Source of the DNA: a virus
Taxonomy: Duplodnaviria; Caudoviricetes
Strand: one strand, 5' to 3'
Virus record (IMG/VR): IMGVR_UViG_3300032722_000019
Coordinates: 1-63,733 of that record
DNA: 63,733 nt
Shown: in pieces, positions 1 to 9,191 of the stretch
How positions within the stretch are numbered: position 1 is the first letter of the stretch
Layout of the letters: every line of letters starts with the position of its first letter
Made by a program: the position numbers and the translations under genes
The notes under the pieces: model-generated
What the model was told of the DNA's origin: nothing
The model's database searches: none
The model's input: the letters and a program-made list of their open reading frames with translations, nothing else

Positions 1-195
1 GGGCGGATGATTGTTCACGGTCACCCCCTGCGTGTAGTCGTCTATGACCCAGGCCCCCGGGCCGGTCTGCGTGATGCGCATGCCGCACCCGCCCACGTCG
101 TAGCTGAAGGACTTCGCGCCGTAGATGGTCACGTTACCCTCCTTGTCGATGGCGATCCTGACCGTGGAGCCGTTGGGGCCCGGGCCGTTCTCTCC
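1..195. repeat. Terminal direct repeat, left copy (circular overlap)
   Basis: 1-195 matches 63539-63733 except G128 vs A63666. Confidence 0.95.
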
Positions 196-633
196 GTCGT
201 CCCTAAGGATCACGCCGTTGGGGCCGTTGATCTCTGTGGCCTCGGGGTCGTCCGCCGGCCTGAGCTCGCCGCCGCCCAGCGCCAGGAAGCCCACCGCGCT
301 GAGGTTGCCCTGGGGGGCCATGGTGGCGGTACCGCCGCCCAGTCCCGAGACCCCTCCCAGGTAGACGTCGCAGGGCACGAGCATCCCCGGGTCGCCCGGC
401 TGGATGGGGAAGCGCACGTACCTCGGGTAGAGGACTGGCACCGTCAGCTGGGGGAACTGCTGGACGGGGTCCTGGACGTCGATGTCCACGGTCACGACGG
501 TCCCCGTGTCGTCCACGGAGGAGACCGTGCAGGGCAGGCTCTTCCCCAGCGTCTCCAGCGCGTGGTCTATCATCGCCTGCACGTAGTACTGCAGGTTCTT
601 GATCAGCGGGCTCTTCTGGGAGTCGTCGGCCAT
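1..633 (-). CDS. Baseplate spike/gpV-like protein, 5' part; continues across the circular junction to a stop at 63506
   Basis: ATG at 633 reads MADDSQKSPLIKNLQ...LPCTVSSVD...VRFPIQPGDPG...GGVSGLGGG, open to base 1 and on through 63538-63506 (TGA); lies directly after the hub gene. Confidence 0.7.
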   Translation of the reverse strand, partial: MADDSQKSPLIKNLQYYVQAMIDHALETLGKSLPCTVSSVDDTGTVVTVDIDVQDPVQQFPQLTVPVLYPRYVRFPIQPGDPGMLVPCDVYLGGVSGLGGGTATMAPQGNLSAVGFLALGGGELRPADDPEATEINGPNGVILRDDGENGPGPNGSTVRIAIDKEGNVTIYGAKSFSYDVGGCGMRITQTGPGAWVIDDYTQGVTVNNHPP

Positions 634-1713
634 CTACTTGGTGCCGCTGAGCTGGGGGTTGACTATGTAGGCATCTATCACCGTGACCCAGGCGTCCGCA
701 GAGGCCTGCCGGAAGTGCCCCAGTTGGTGGAGGGACTGCACCTGGAACTTGCCCTGGAAGATGGAGCGGTTCCGGATGGGGGAGTTGGGCGTGGCCGCGG
801 CCGGGGCGGTGACCACGTAGGGCGCGGCCAGCTTCTCGGGCAGGCGGAGGTAGTCCCCCACCGCCAGGTCTCCGCGCATGACCGTCTTGAAGTTTATGGT
901 CACGGGGTCGATGAAGGTCGGCTGCCCGATCATGTCCTGGAAGGCGATGTCCCGCGGGTTGGACGCCGTCCAGTTAGTGAAGCCGTCCGAGGTATTGTCG
1001 AACACCAGGACCTTCTTTCCAGTGACGGTCACGGAGACGCCGCTGTTTGAGTAGGGCACGCCCGTGACGGTCTTGATACCGTTGAACTGTTGGCTCTTGG
1101 AGACCCTCTTGAGCCAGTTGGCGAAGGAGCTCAGCTTGCTGTAGGAGCCCTTCTGGTCGTAGTTGAAGACGAACTGGGGCGAGAGCTGGACCACTATCTC
1201 GTAGCCCGGGAGCGCCGTGGTCAGTGCCTGCTTGATGCCCTGGCTCATGGGCTGGTTGGCCGGGCAGTTGAGCTGGAAGTTCTTCTTGACCTGGCCCCCG
1301 CCGGTCGGGGGCTGGAGGATCATGTCCAGCCGCATGACGTTGCCCACCCAGGAGCCGAACGCCTGGTAGATCGTGCCGGAGAGGATCAGGCCTGCCTGGT
1401 TGTTCTGACTGGCCGCGGTGGCCAGGGGCAGGCCTGGCTTCATGCCGGCGCGCACCTCTATGCTCATGCCGTTGAGGTCGAAGGACTGGGCCAGCTCCTT
1501 GATGCCCACGCCCCAGACCGAGAGCCTGGAGCCGAACCAGGGCGTGTCGTAGGACGTGATGGGGAAGTCCATCTCCAGGTCGAGCGCGCCGGGGAGACTC
1601 TTGCCGTTCACGAAGCTGGTGAACGTGCTCTGGACGCCGGTCTGCTGCATGAACTGCGGCTGGACCAGGGCTCCCGTGTCAGGATTGGTGATCTTGATGT
1701 CGTAGTAGCGCAT
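634..1713 (-). CDS. Baseplate hub protein
   Basis: Start reassigned to MRYYDIKIT (ATG 1713); position between plug and spike; DMIGQPTFI motif recalled from Bcep781-like hubs. Confidence 0.65.
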   Translation of the reverse strand: MRYYDIKITNPDTGALVQPQFMQQTGVQSTFTSFVNGKSLPGALDLEMDFPITSYDTPWFGSRLSVWGVGIKELAQSFDLNGMSIEVRAGMKPGLPLATAASQNNQAGLILSGTIYQAFGSWVGNVMRLDMILQPPTGGGQVKKNFQLNCPANQPMSQGIKQALTTALPGYEIVVQLSPQFVFNYDQKGSYSKLSSFANWLKRVSKSQQFNGIKTVTGVPYSNSGVSVTVTGKKVLVFDNTSDGFTNWTASNPRDIAFQDMIGQPTFIDPVTINFKTVMRGDLAVGDYLRLPEKLAAPYVVTAPAAATPNSPIRNRSIFQGKFQVQSLHQLGHFRQASADAWVTVIDAYIVNPQLSGTK

Positions 1714-1714
1714 C

Positions 1715-2206
1715 CTACGGCGAGACCTCGAACTGCCTCGTGGGATCGCGGTAGACCAGGGTGCTCGTCTGGAAGTAGCCACCCGCCAGGTCGAGGTCCC
1801 AGCTCAGGGTGCCCAGCGCCGCGGAGGGGCCGGGGTCTCCGGCCAGCGGGTAGGAGAGGGTGCTGGGCCCCGTGATCAGGCAGGGGAACGTCCCGTTGTA
1901 GGCGGCGGGGGAGCAGTCCCGGACCGTCAGCTCGATAGTCTGGCCCACCGCGTAGCCGTGCGGCTGGGCGGTCACCACGCTGGCCGCCCCGGTGGCCCAC
2001 GAGAGCCCCTGGATGGCCACGCCGGCCGGCGAGCCTACCAGGGAGCGGTAGAACACCATGGTCCCGTTGAGTGCGAACAGGGCCAGGTACCATCGCTGCC
2101 CGAACAGGAGGTAGGGCACTATCGCGGTGTAGGTGTTCCCGTCCAGGGTCGGCTGGAACTGGAAGTTGCTCTGTGCCGGGGGCTCGAAGTTGAAGTAGGT
2201 GGTCAT
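1715..2206 (-). CDS. Baseplate plug-like protein with inserted beta-barrel (FCCH-like) domain
   Basis: FQFQPTLDG..Y...FGQRWY N-terminus; internal PHGYAVGQ...YNGTF module; synteny. Confidence 0.55.
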   Translation of the reverse strand: MTTYFNFEPPAQSNFQFQPTLDGNTYTAIVPYLLFGQRWYLALFALNGTMVFYRSLVGSPAGVAIQGLSWATGAASVVTAQPHGYAVGQTIELTVRDCSPAAYNGTFPCLITGPSTLSYPLAGDPGPSAALGTLSWDLDLAGGYFQTSTLVYRDPTRQFEVSP

Positions 2207-2991
2207 GGGGCGGGCAGTGGGGAAACGGAGAACTGGCCCGGCGCGATGGCCGCGGCGTAGCCCGGGATGGCGGTGGTGCCGGCCGCCGCGGAGTTAGTCA
2301 GCGCGGGGGACAGGACCGTGCCGGCCAGGCCGGTGGTGGTGCCGCCCGCGGCCCCGATGCCGGACCAGGCCGGCGTCTGTCCGGGGAGCTGGAGGCTGCC
2401 GCTGATCTGGCTCATGAGGGAGCTCTGCGCGGCCTGGATGTCGCTCAAAGTGATCAGGGGCTGCTCGAAGTCGAAGGTCCAGGCATTCTGGGGCTGCCTG
2501 CTCCCACCCCCAGAGGTGTCCCTCAGCGCCCTCAGCACGCAGCTGGTGTAGACGTAGGAGGGCGTCATGACGATGTAGGTGCCGCCGCTCTGGTTGTGCA
2601 GGGAGAGCGCGGCCTGCAGGGCCTGGAAGACCGCCAGCTTGAGGAAGTAGCCGAGCGGCCCCTTGGCCGGCGTCGTCATCCTCATGGAGACCACCAGCGG
2701 CTGCTGGATGACTGCGTTAGCCGCGATGCCCTGGTTCCCGAAGGGGTAGCGCGCCAGGTCCTGGTTGATCAGCGTGGCCCCGGGCAGGGGGTCGAAGTTG
2801 GCGAAGAAGCCGTCCAGGTCCAGCGAGTCCGAGCCGCCCGACAGCAGGCCGAGCGGGAAGTTCAGCGCCTCCGTGATGGCGATGAGGGGTAGCATCTGAC
2901 CCGGCATGACCTTGGCCAGGCCGCCGGTCAGGATGATCGGGGACAGCTGGAAGGCGAGCTTCCAGACCGCGAGACCGGCGCTGATGCTCAC
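2203..2991 (-). CDS. Tail tube initiator/baseplate protein
   Basis: Follows tape measure; WTFDFEQPLI motif; coupled overlaps with neighbours. Confidence 0.55.
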   Translation of the reverse strand: MSISAGLAVWKLAFQLSPIILTGGLAKVMPGQMLPLIAITEALNFPLGLLSGGSDSLDLDGFFANFDPLPGATLINQDLARYPFGNQGIAANAVIQQPLVVSMRMTTPAKGPLGYFLKLAVFQALQAALSLHNQSGGTYIVMTPSYVYTSCVLRALRDTSGGGSRQPQNAWTFDFEQPLITLSDIQAAQSSLMSQISGSLQLPGQTPAWSGIGAAGGTTTGLAGTVLSPALTNSAAAGTTAIPGYAAAIAPGQFSVSPLPAP

Positions 2992-4793
2992 TGCAGGATA
3001 CTCGGGCCGGGGGTGCCCACGCCGCTGACCCCGCCCGCGTTGGCGATGCTGGTCACGGCGCTGCCGCCAGTGTTGTTGTTGATAGTGACCTCCACTCCGG
3101 AGTTACGGAGGTAGTTGGCGGTCTCTCGGTAGGGATGGTCGCCGCTGCGGTTTGTCCAGTTGTCCAGCCCCGCGAGGCCGCCGCGACGATAGATGTCTAC
3201 GGCCGCCGGACCGCCATTGTAGTCGGCGAGGATCTCGGCCTTATTGCCGTGGTACTTCTGATCCAGTTGAGAAAGGAGCTTCTGGGCCATCTCCTTGTTC
3301 TTGACCGGGTCGTAGCGGTCGTCTGGATCGTAGCCCAGGCCGCGGGCCGTCTCCGGCATGATCTGATAGACGCCCACCGCGCCGGCTGGAGACATGCGGC
3401 CGTCCGGCGTGCCCTCTAGGCGACGCACCAGGTCCAGCATGTCGGAGCCGGCGGCCGAACCGGACATGGTGCTGCCGGCCGGGGGCGTGTCCACGATGGG
3501 GGTGCCGTCGGGGAGGTACTTGACGCCCCCGTTGGAGGGGCTCAGCGGGTTGGTCTTGCCCCCCTTGCCGAACGACGACGAGGTGGAGTTGTGGTCATTC
3601 TTCATGGAGCCGTGGGTGGCGTCGGCGATGGCCGCGTTCTTGCGCTTCTCCTCCTCGCTCTCGGGCAGTAGCCCCAGCCAGCGCGCCCAGCTGACCATCT
3701 TCTTGGCCGCGTAGGAGATGCCGTCGGCCAGGTCCTTGATGTCCTGCTTGAAGGCCGGCTTGTTGACGTACTGCCCGAACTCGTGGAGCCCCTCGGCGAC
3801 CCAGTGGACGCCGTCCTTGAAGCCCTGGCCCCCGATCAGCTGCTTGACCGCGTCGCTGAGGCCGTCGGCGAGCTGCTTCAGCTCTGGGGCCAGCGGCGAG
3901 AGGGCCTCTATGAAGGTGGACTTGATCTTGATGCCGGCCCCCTCCAGGGCCATGTCGAACTCCTGCATGTCCTTGAGGGCCTTGTCGCTCACGCCGAAGT
4001 CGGCCATGCGCTTCTTGTAGCCCTCGGCGTCCAGGTCCGCGTCCGAGGCGGTGCTCAGCCGCCGCATGGTCTCGATGTCCACGCCGAGCGCGCCCAGGCC
4101 CCGGCCCTGGATGACCCGTCCCCAGGTCTTGGGGTCGCTGGACTGCGCCAGTGCTCGGACCCGCTTGAGGACTTCTACGGACTCCTCGGCGGTGTCTCCG
4201 TGCTGCCCCGGGACCATCCCCAGGGCGTACATGGCCCGGGCCTCCTGCGAGCCCAGGTCGCCCTGGGCAGAGGAGACTCCTCGCACTATCCCGCTGGTGT
4301 CTGCGAAGCGTCCGTAGGTGAGGTCAAAGGCCCGCTTGGCCCCGTAGGACAGACCCAGGCCCGTGGCCTCTCGGCGCCCCGCGCCGGCCCCGGCCGCCAG
4401 TCTCTCGAAGCCCCAGACCGACCCGCCCAGCGCCAGTCCGGAGGTCAGGCTGAAGATGCCCGTCCACTTCTCCAGGGAGCGCGTGGCGGCGACGATGTTC
4501 CCCGCGATCGTCTTGGAGCTGCGGGCCATCGAGTCCCAGTAGAGGGCCGCCTTGCTGGAGTGCTGCTCGACCTTCTTGTTCTCGTTGGCGATGTCCCTCG
4601 CCATGTGCTGCTGGGCGAGCATCAGCGCAGCCATGGCCTTGAAGCCCTTGGCCATCGCCTCGTTCTCCTTGGCGACGTCGGCCCACATCTCGGGCTGCTT
4701 GGACAGCACCTCGTTGTAGCGGTCGAACTCCTTGGTGAACTCCTGGAGGTTCGACTGAACATCGAGCGAGACGATCTTCTTTACGACGGGCAT
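2988..4793 (-). CDS. Tape measure protein with C-terminal lytic transglycosylase (SLT) domain
   Basis: Helical Ala-rich body; SPAGAVGVYQIMPETA, ADYNGGP and ETANY SLT motifs. Confidence 0.85.
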   Translation of the reverse strand: MPVVKKIVSLDVQSNLQEFTKEFDRYNEVLSKQPEMWADVAKENEAMAKGFKAMAALMLAQQHMARDIANENKKVEQHSSKAALYWDSMARSSKTIAGNIVAATRSLEKWTGIFSLTSGLALGGSVWGFERLAAGAGAGRREATGLGLSYGAKRAFDLTYGRFADTSGIVRGVSSAQGDLGSQEARAMYALGMVPGQHGDTAEESVEVLKRVRALAQSSDPKTWGRVIQGRGLGALGVDIETMRRLSTASDADLDAEGYKKRMADFGVSDKALKDMQEFDMALEGAGIKIKSTFIEALSPLAPELKQLADGLSDAVKQLIGGQGFKDGVHWVAEGLHEFGQYVNKPAFKQDIKDLADGISYAAKKMVSWARWLGLLPESEEEKRKNAAIADATHGSMKNDHNSTSSSFGKGGKTNPLSPSNGGVKYLPDGTPIVDTPPAGSTMSGSAAGSDMLDLVRRLEGTPDGRMSPAGAVGVYQIMPETARGLGYDPDDRYDPVKNKEMAQKLLSQLDQKYHGNKAEILADYNGGPAAVDIYRRGGLAGLDNWTNRSGDHPYRETANYLRNSGVEVTINNNTGGSAVTSIANAGGVSGVGTPGPSILQ

Positions 4794-4799
4794 GGGGAC

Positions 4800-5135
4800 C
4801 TACCCTGTCAGGGTCCGCCGGAGGTTCTCCACGGAGCGTATCAGCTCTATGGTCGTCCGCTGGCGGAAGAGGTGGGGACTGGGGTAGGCCCAGTCCCTGA
4901 ACTGACCGAAGTACTGCTCCCAGCCCGGCCCGGCGGCCCAGGCTAGACTAGCACTGACGACAGTGGGGTGTCCGAGCTCTCTTTCGTAGTCTCGGCCGGC
5001 GTCGACGTCGGCAAGGAAGCTGCGAATTCCGTAGCAGTCGATGACACGATTTGCGCGCTGTAGACGCGCATCATCGGGAATACGTACTGCTTCTGCTCCT
5101 TCCTGGTCTGCAACCACGAGACCGCAGTAAAAAAA
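4800..5135 (-). CDS. Tail assembly chaperone -1 frameshift extension (gpGT-like)
   Basis: T-TTT-TTT heptamer at 5135-5129; -1 frame open to TAG at 4800, just before the tape measure gene. Confidence 0.55.
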   Translation of the reverse strand, partial: FFYCGLVVADQEGAEAVRIPDDARLQRANRVIDCYGIRSFLADVDAGRDYERELGHPTVVSASLAWAAGPGWEQYFGQFRDWAYPSPHLFRQRTTIELIRSVENLRRTLTG

Positions 5136-5596
5136 GCGGCGTTGCTCATCACCTCCTTGTACTCCTCGGGGGTGATGACCTCCTGGCGCAGGGCCTCGGC
5201 GACGGGCATGGGCTGCCAGCCCCTCTGCGGGTCGAGGGCTATGATGGAGGTCAGGCGCTCGATCTCGTTGATCAGGCCCTTCTGGACCTCCTCCAGGGTG
5301 CCCTCGCGCTGGGCCAGCTGGCGGATTATCAGCAGCGCCACGCGGCCGGCCATGCCGACCCCGAAGTTCTTGCCGTAGACGGTGGTGATGACCTCCGCCA
5401 GGAGGAGGGCGTACCTCTCGTACGTCTCCTCCAGAATCGGGACCGAGTGCGCGTACAGCTTCCGCATGACGGGCTCCATCACTGGGCGCCCGTTTTCGAG
5501 GACGGGCTTGCCGTCCTCGAGCCTCGGCCTGACCTGGTCGGTCTCCTGCTCGATCTCGAGCACCAGGTTCATCTTCTTGTTGATCTTCGCTGCCAT
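4943..5596 (-). CDS. Tail assembly chaperone (gpG-like)
   Basis: Between tube and tape measure; good RBS (AGGAG). Confidence 0.65.
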   Translation of the reverse strand: MAAKINKKMNLVLEIEQETDQVRPRLEDGKPVLENGRPVMEPVMRKLYAHSVPILEETYERYALLLAEVITTVYGKNFGVGMAGRVALLIIRQLAQREGTLEEVQKGLINEIERLTSIIALDPQRGWQPMPVAEALRQEVITPEEYKEVMSNAAFFTAVSWLQTRKEQKQYVFPMMRVYSAQIVSSTATEFAASLPTSTPAETTKESSDTPLSSVLV

Positions 5597-5642
5597 GCTT
5601 CTTCTCCTGCTACTACTGTAGTCCTACCCCTGGTCGTTCCGG

Positions 5643-6101
5643 CTACCCCGCGTTGAAGAGTGCCGAGTTGATCAGGTAGTAGCCGCCGATGGTGACCACG
5701 AACCCGGCGTCCTCGCCCGCGAACGAGAGCTCGCGGATGTTGCGGATGGCACAGTTGTTCACCGGGTAGATGGGCACGCCGCCCGAGGCCTGGGAGACGT
5801 CGGGGTAGACCTGGCCGTTGCCCAGGAACGTGTTGGTCTGGCGCTGCTTCTCGTACAGCGCCGCCAGGTTCTGCGTCTTGAGCAGGGCCATCGTGATTAG
5901 GATGGGCTGGTAGGGCTCGGGCGACTGGACCTGGCCGGTCATCGTGTTGATGAACGTGGTGGCCTCTCCGTCGAACGAGATGGAGATGCCGGCCTTGCCC
6001 AGGTATGGCGCGGTCACGTTGAGCTCCGGGTGGTCGGTCCAGTATACGGAGCCGAGTACCCGGTTCAGGTTGCCCTGTGGGACGAGAGGATTGCCGGGCA
6101 T
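5643..6101 (-). CDS. Tail tube protein
   Basis: 152 aa gene directly after sheath; NPLVPQGNLNR N-terminus. Confidence 0.7.
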   Translation of the reverse strand: MPGNPLVPQGNLNRVLGSVYWTDHPELNVTAPYLGKAGISISFDGEATTFINTMTGQVQSPEPYQPILITMALLKTQNLAALYEKQRQTNTFLGNGQVYPDVSQASGGVPIYPVNNCAIRNIRELSFAGEDAGFVVTIGGYYLINSALFNAG

Positions 6102-6104
6102 GGG

Positions 6105-7763
6105 TTAGCCTCCCTGGACCACGAACTGGTTGACGTTGAGGTTGACGATGATCTTGTCGAACCCGCGCAGCGGCGTCATGACGACCGAGAGGCCGCCGTA
6201 GAGGCCGGTCTTGTAGTTGCTCGGGTTGAGCGTGAGGTAGGAGATGAACGGCTGGGCGTTGACCACCGCCTGACCGTCGTAGACCCCTGCCTCCAGGTTG
6301 GCCAGGAACTGCGTCTGCGGCAGCCCGACCTGGTTGGGCGAGCCCAGGATGAGGCCGTAGGAGATGCCGTTGGCCAGCGTCCGCGCCGCCACGCCCGCCA
6401 GGCGGTTGATGCCGTCCTGGTTGTAGTAGAGCGGGTTGACCGGGTTGTTGCTGCCGTTGATCACGGCGTTGGCCAGGTCGAGGTTGAGGTTGATGGCCGC
6501 CCAGTCGATGGAGTACCAGAAGTTGAACGGGTTGCCGTCCAGGTTGTTGCCGCCGAAGAGGATGTCGAAGGAAACGCCCCCCTGGCTCCCGGTCCCCGCG
6601 TAGCTCCAGTTGGCCGTCGTGATGGCAGAGATGGTCGGTCCCATGCCGCGGGTCTGGAACGGCGTCACGCCGCTGAGCTCGCTGTACTCCAGCGGGGTCA
6701 CCTTGTTGGTGCTGGAGGGCGCGTAGTTGAGCGTGGTGTAGAATACCGAGGCCAGGGAGTACTCCGTGGCCGGCACGCCCGCGCTGGCGTACAGGCTGGC
6801 CACCAGCGTGCCCTCTACCGAGATGGCCCCCGGGTCCGCCGCCACGTTGGCGATCAGCGTCATCCCGGTGGTGCCGGGCTGCGCGATGAACTGGCCGTTG
6901 TAGCCCGCGGGCGTGCAGCCCGTGACCGTGAACAGCTGCCCCGGGGCCACGCCGTGGTTCGTGGTGGTGGTCAGGGTGATCTGGCCGCCCGAGTAGGAGG
7001 CGTTGGTGAGGGTGTTCTGGCCCCAGGTGCCCGTCAGCGGGTTCTCGATCATCCCGAAGACGCACTTCATCGCCGAGTTGTACCTCTTGTAGTTCTGGAG
7101 GTTCGACGTGACGAAGAAGTAGGTCTTGGCGGTGTTGCTCTCGAACCCAGCCAGGAAGGCCAGGAAGGAGGGCACGCCGTCCCAGTCGCGCGGGACCAGG
7201 TAGGAGTAGAAGAACTGGTCGGAGTTGGCGATGAACGAGGCCAGCGCCGTCACGCCGGCCGCCGGCTCCCCCGCGCCGAGCTCCAGCACGTAGACCGGGT
7301 TCTGGGAGCCCTGGGCGAAGTAGCTGCCCACCATCGCCTGGAGGTCGCCCACGCCGCGGGCGGTGTAGGTGCCCGGGGTGGTGGCCGGGGAGGTCCCCGG
7401 GTTGGTCGACAGGTAGTAGGTGAAGGTGCTCGCCCCGGTGGAGATGGCGTTGACCGTGCCGTTGTAGGTGGTGGGGACGGCCCCGGCCACCGTGGTCACG
7501 AACGCCTCTCCCACCGCCACGCCGTGGGCGGCAGTGGCGGTGGCGGTGACCTGCCCGCCGTAGGCCGAGGACCAGGTCAGGGAGGTCAGGGTCAGCGGGG
7601 CGGGCAGCAGCGGCGTGAGGTCGCCCGCCTGCGTCAGGAGCGCGTCGTTCTGCGCCCCCAGGACGGTGCCCCCCTGGCTGAGGAGCGCCCCCGTCTTCTG
7701 CAGCGTGCTCGGCGTCGGGGGCGTCGAGATGCTGACGTTGACTACTACGATGGGGTTCGCCAT
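6105..7763 (-). CDS. Tail sheath protein (DUF3383-like) with two inserted beta-barrel domains
   Basis: IVVVNVSI start; FWYSIDW, NPLYYNQDGIN and C-terminal IIVNLNV features of contractile sheaths. Confidence 0.8.
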   Translation of the reverse strand: MANPIVVVNVSISTPPTPSTLQKTGALLSQGGTVLGAQNDALLTQAGDLTPLLPAPLTLTSLTWSSAYGGQVTATATAAHGVAVGEAFVTTVAGAVPTTYNGTVNAISTGASTFTYYLSTNPGTSPATTPGTYTARGVGDLQAMVGSYFAQGSQNPVYVLELGAGEPAAGVTALASFIANSDQFFYSYLVPRDWDGVPSFLAFLAGFESNTAKTYFFVTSNLQNYKRYNSAMKCVFGMIENPLTGTWGQNTLTNASYSGGQITLTTTTNHGVAPGQLFTVTGCTPAGYNGQFIAQPGTTGMTLIANVAADPGAISVEGTLVASLYASAGVPATEYSLASVFYTTLNYAPSSTNKVTPLEYSELSGVTPFQTRGMGPTISAITTANWSYAGTGSQGGVSFDILFGGNNLDGNPFNFWYSIDWAAINLNLDLANAVINGSNNPVNPLYYNQDGINRLAGVAARTLANGISYGLILGSPNQVGLPQTQFLANLEAGVYDGQAVVNAQPFISYLTLNPSNYKTGLYGGLSVVMTPLRGFDKIIVNLNVNQFVVQGG

Positions 7764-7799
7764 AGAGGCTACCTCCTAGCTGGGGTGGAGGGGGCCTTC

Positions 7800-8111
7800 T
7801 TACTTGGTGAAGAAGGACACGCTGCCGGTGGTCAGGCCCGTGGTGACCACGCAGAGGCCGACCTGAAAGCCGACCGGGGCCGGCGGCACGAACTCGAAGG
7901 TGTTGGCGAGGTCGATCGGGCCGGCCAGCAGCGTGCCGGTGTTGTCGAGGCCGTCGTACACGGACATCGTGGCCCCGGACTGGCCCTTGTTGCAGGTCAC
8001 CGAGGAGACCACGCCCGGGCCGCTCTTGACCAGGGTGGTGGTCGCGGTGTTGATGCAGGTCGACTTGACGGCCGGGGCGGTGACGATGGCGGCGTTGGCG
8101 TTCTGGGTCAT
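7800..8111 (-). CDS. Small beta-rich virion protein
   Basis: TTLVKSGPG...GLCVVT pattern; inside structural operon. Confidence 0.5.
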   Translation of the reverse strand: MTQNANAAIVTAPAVKSTCINTATTTLVKSGPGVVSSVTCNKGQSGATMSVYDGLDNTGTLLAGPIDLANTFEFVPPAPVGFQVGLCVVTTGLTTGSVSFFTK

Positions 8112-8123
8112 GATCGGTTTCTC

Positions 8124-9188
8124 CTAGACTGACAGTTGTTGAACGTAGATTTCGTCGCCCTGCACCAGGCACTCTTCGATGACCTGGCGGGCGACGTTGC
8201 GGATGCTCTGCTGGTTGTAGCTGACCTGGAAGGTGATCCGCTTCTTCATGGCCAGGGTGAGCAGCTCGCTCTGGGCGGCCTTGACGTCGCGGACGGTCGG
8301 CGTGTTCATCAGGCCGAGCAGGCCCGTGTCCGTGCCGTAGGCTATGGCGGCGTCCTGGAAGGTCAGCGCCGCGTCGTTGGAGGCCCCGAAGAGCGTCACC
8401 CGGACGGTGTCCCGGGCCAGCTGGTAGTGCGATGCGGTCGGGCCCAGCGTGGGGACCGCCTGGATGACCTCCGTGTCCTCCTCGCCGATGTGGACCGCGC
8501 CGTAGGGAGGCGGCAGGTTCTGCGGCACCGCGAAGGAGGGGTACAGCGGGATGACCGGGAAGGGCAGCAGCACCGGGTAGGGCGGGGCGTAGGCGTTGAT
8601 GGCCAGCCAGGCGGGCAGCGAGTTGGAGACCACCACCTGCCGCCCGTTGAAGTCCGCCGGGCTGTCTATCAGCTGGCTCTCCATCGTGGAGTAGACCGCG
8701 TCGCCCACGTAGTGCCAGAGCCCGGCCTGGCGGTAGAAGTTGGAGCGCGAAGAGAACGCGAAGCGGATGCGGTCGATCGTCGCGATGAAGAGGGTGTTGG
8801 GGCCCACTCGGTTGAGGCCCTGAACCTCCTGCTCAGAGGTGAAGGTCACGCGGTTGACCGCGTAGTTGGCCTCCTCGGTCTGGCTCATCCCGGTGGCGTA
8901 GTGCAGGGAGCCTCGGGCCTCCAGCGTGTTGTCCTCCACGCCCGCGGCGGCCGCGCCGTTGAAGGGGGCCGTGTTGAACGCCGCGGTGTTGAACGCCGCC
9001 CCCCGGACCAGCGCCGCGGGGGTCAGGAGGGGGGCGGCCACCCAGAACACGAAGCCGTCCACCGGCAGCACGAGTCGGTTGTACTGCTGGAAGACGACCG
9101 ACTGGTTGGAGCTGATCGCCCTCTCGCCCTGGCGCAGGTCCGCGGCCAGGGGCGAGGCGGAGCCGATGGCCTCGTCGAGAGTGGGCAA
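8124..9188 (-). CDS. Head closure/tail completion (neck) protein
   Basis: VLPVDGFVFWV, GSLHY and QAGLWHYVGDA motifs; precedes sheath. Confidence 0.6.
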   Translation of the reverse strand: MPTLDEAIGSASPLAADLRQGERAISSNQSVVFQQYNRLVLPVDGFVFWVAAPLLTPAALVRGAAFNTAAFNTAPFNGAAAAGVEDNTLEARGSLHYATGMSQTEEANYAVNRVTFTSEQEVQGLNRVGPNTLFIATIDRIRFAFSSRSNFYRQAGLWHYVGDAVYSTMESQLIDSPADFNGRQVVVSNSLPAWLAINAYAPPYPVLLPFPVIPLYPSFAVPQNLPPPYGAVHIGEEDTEVIQAVPTLGPTASHYQLARDTVRVTLFGASNDAALTFQDAAIAYGTDTGLLGLMNTPTVRDVKAAQSELLTLAMKKRITFQVSYNQQSIRNVARQVIEECLVQGDEIYVQQLSV

Positions 9189-9191
9189 CGC

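Noticed and set aside
7-1050. Long opposite-strand or alternate-frame ORFs in the track (e.g. 7-1050, 5569-8172, 6030-8132, 13567-15519, 28693-30771, 43482-45134)
   Set aside because: Shadow ORFs typical of high-GC coding DNA; they overlap genes with clear motifs and have low-complexity Arg/Gly/Pro-rich or antisense-pattern translations.
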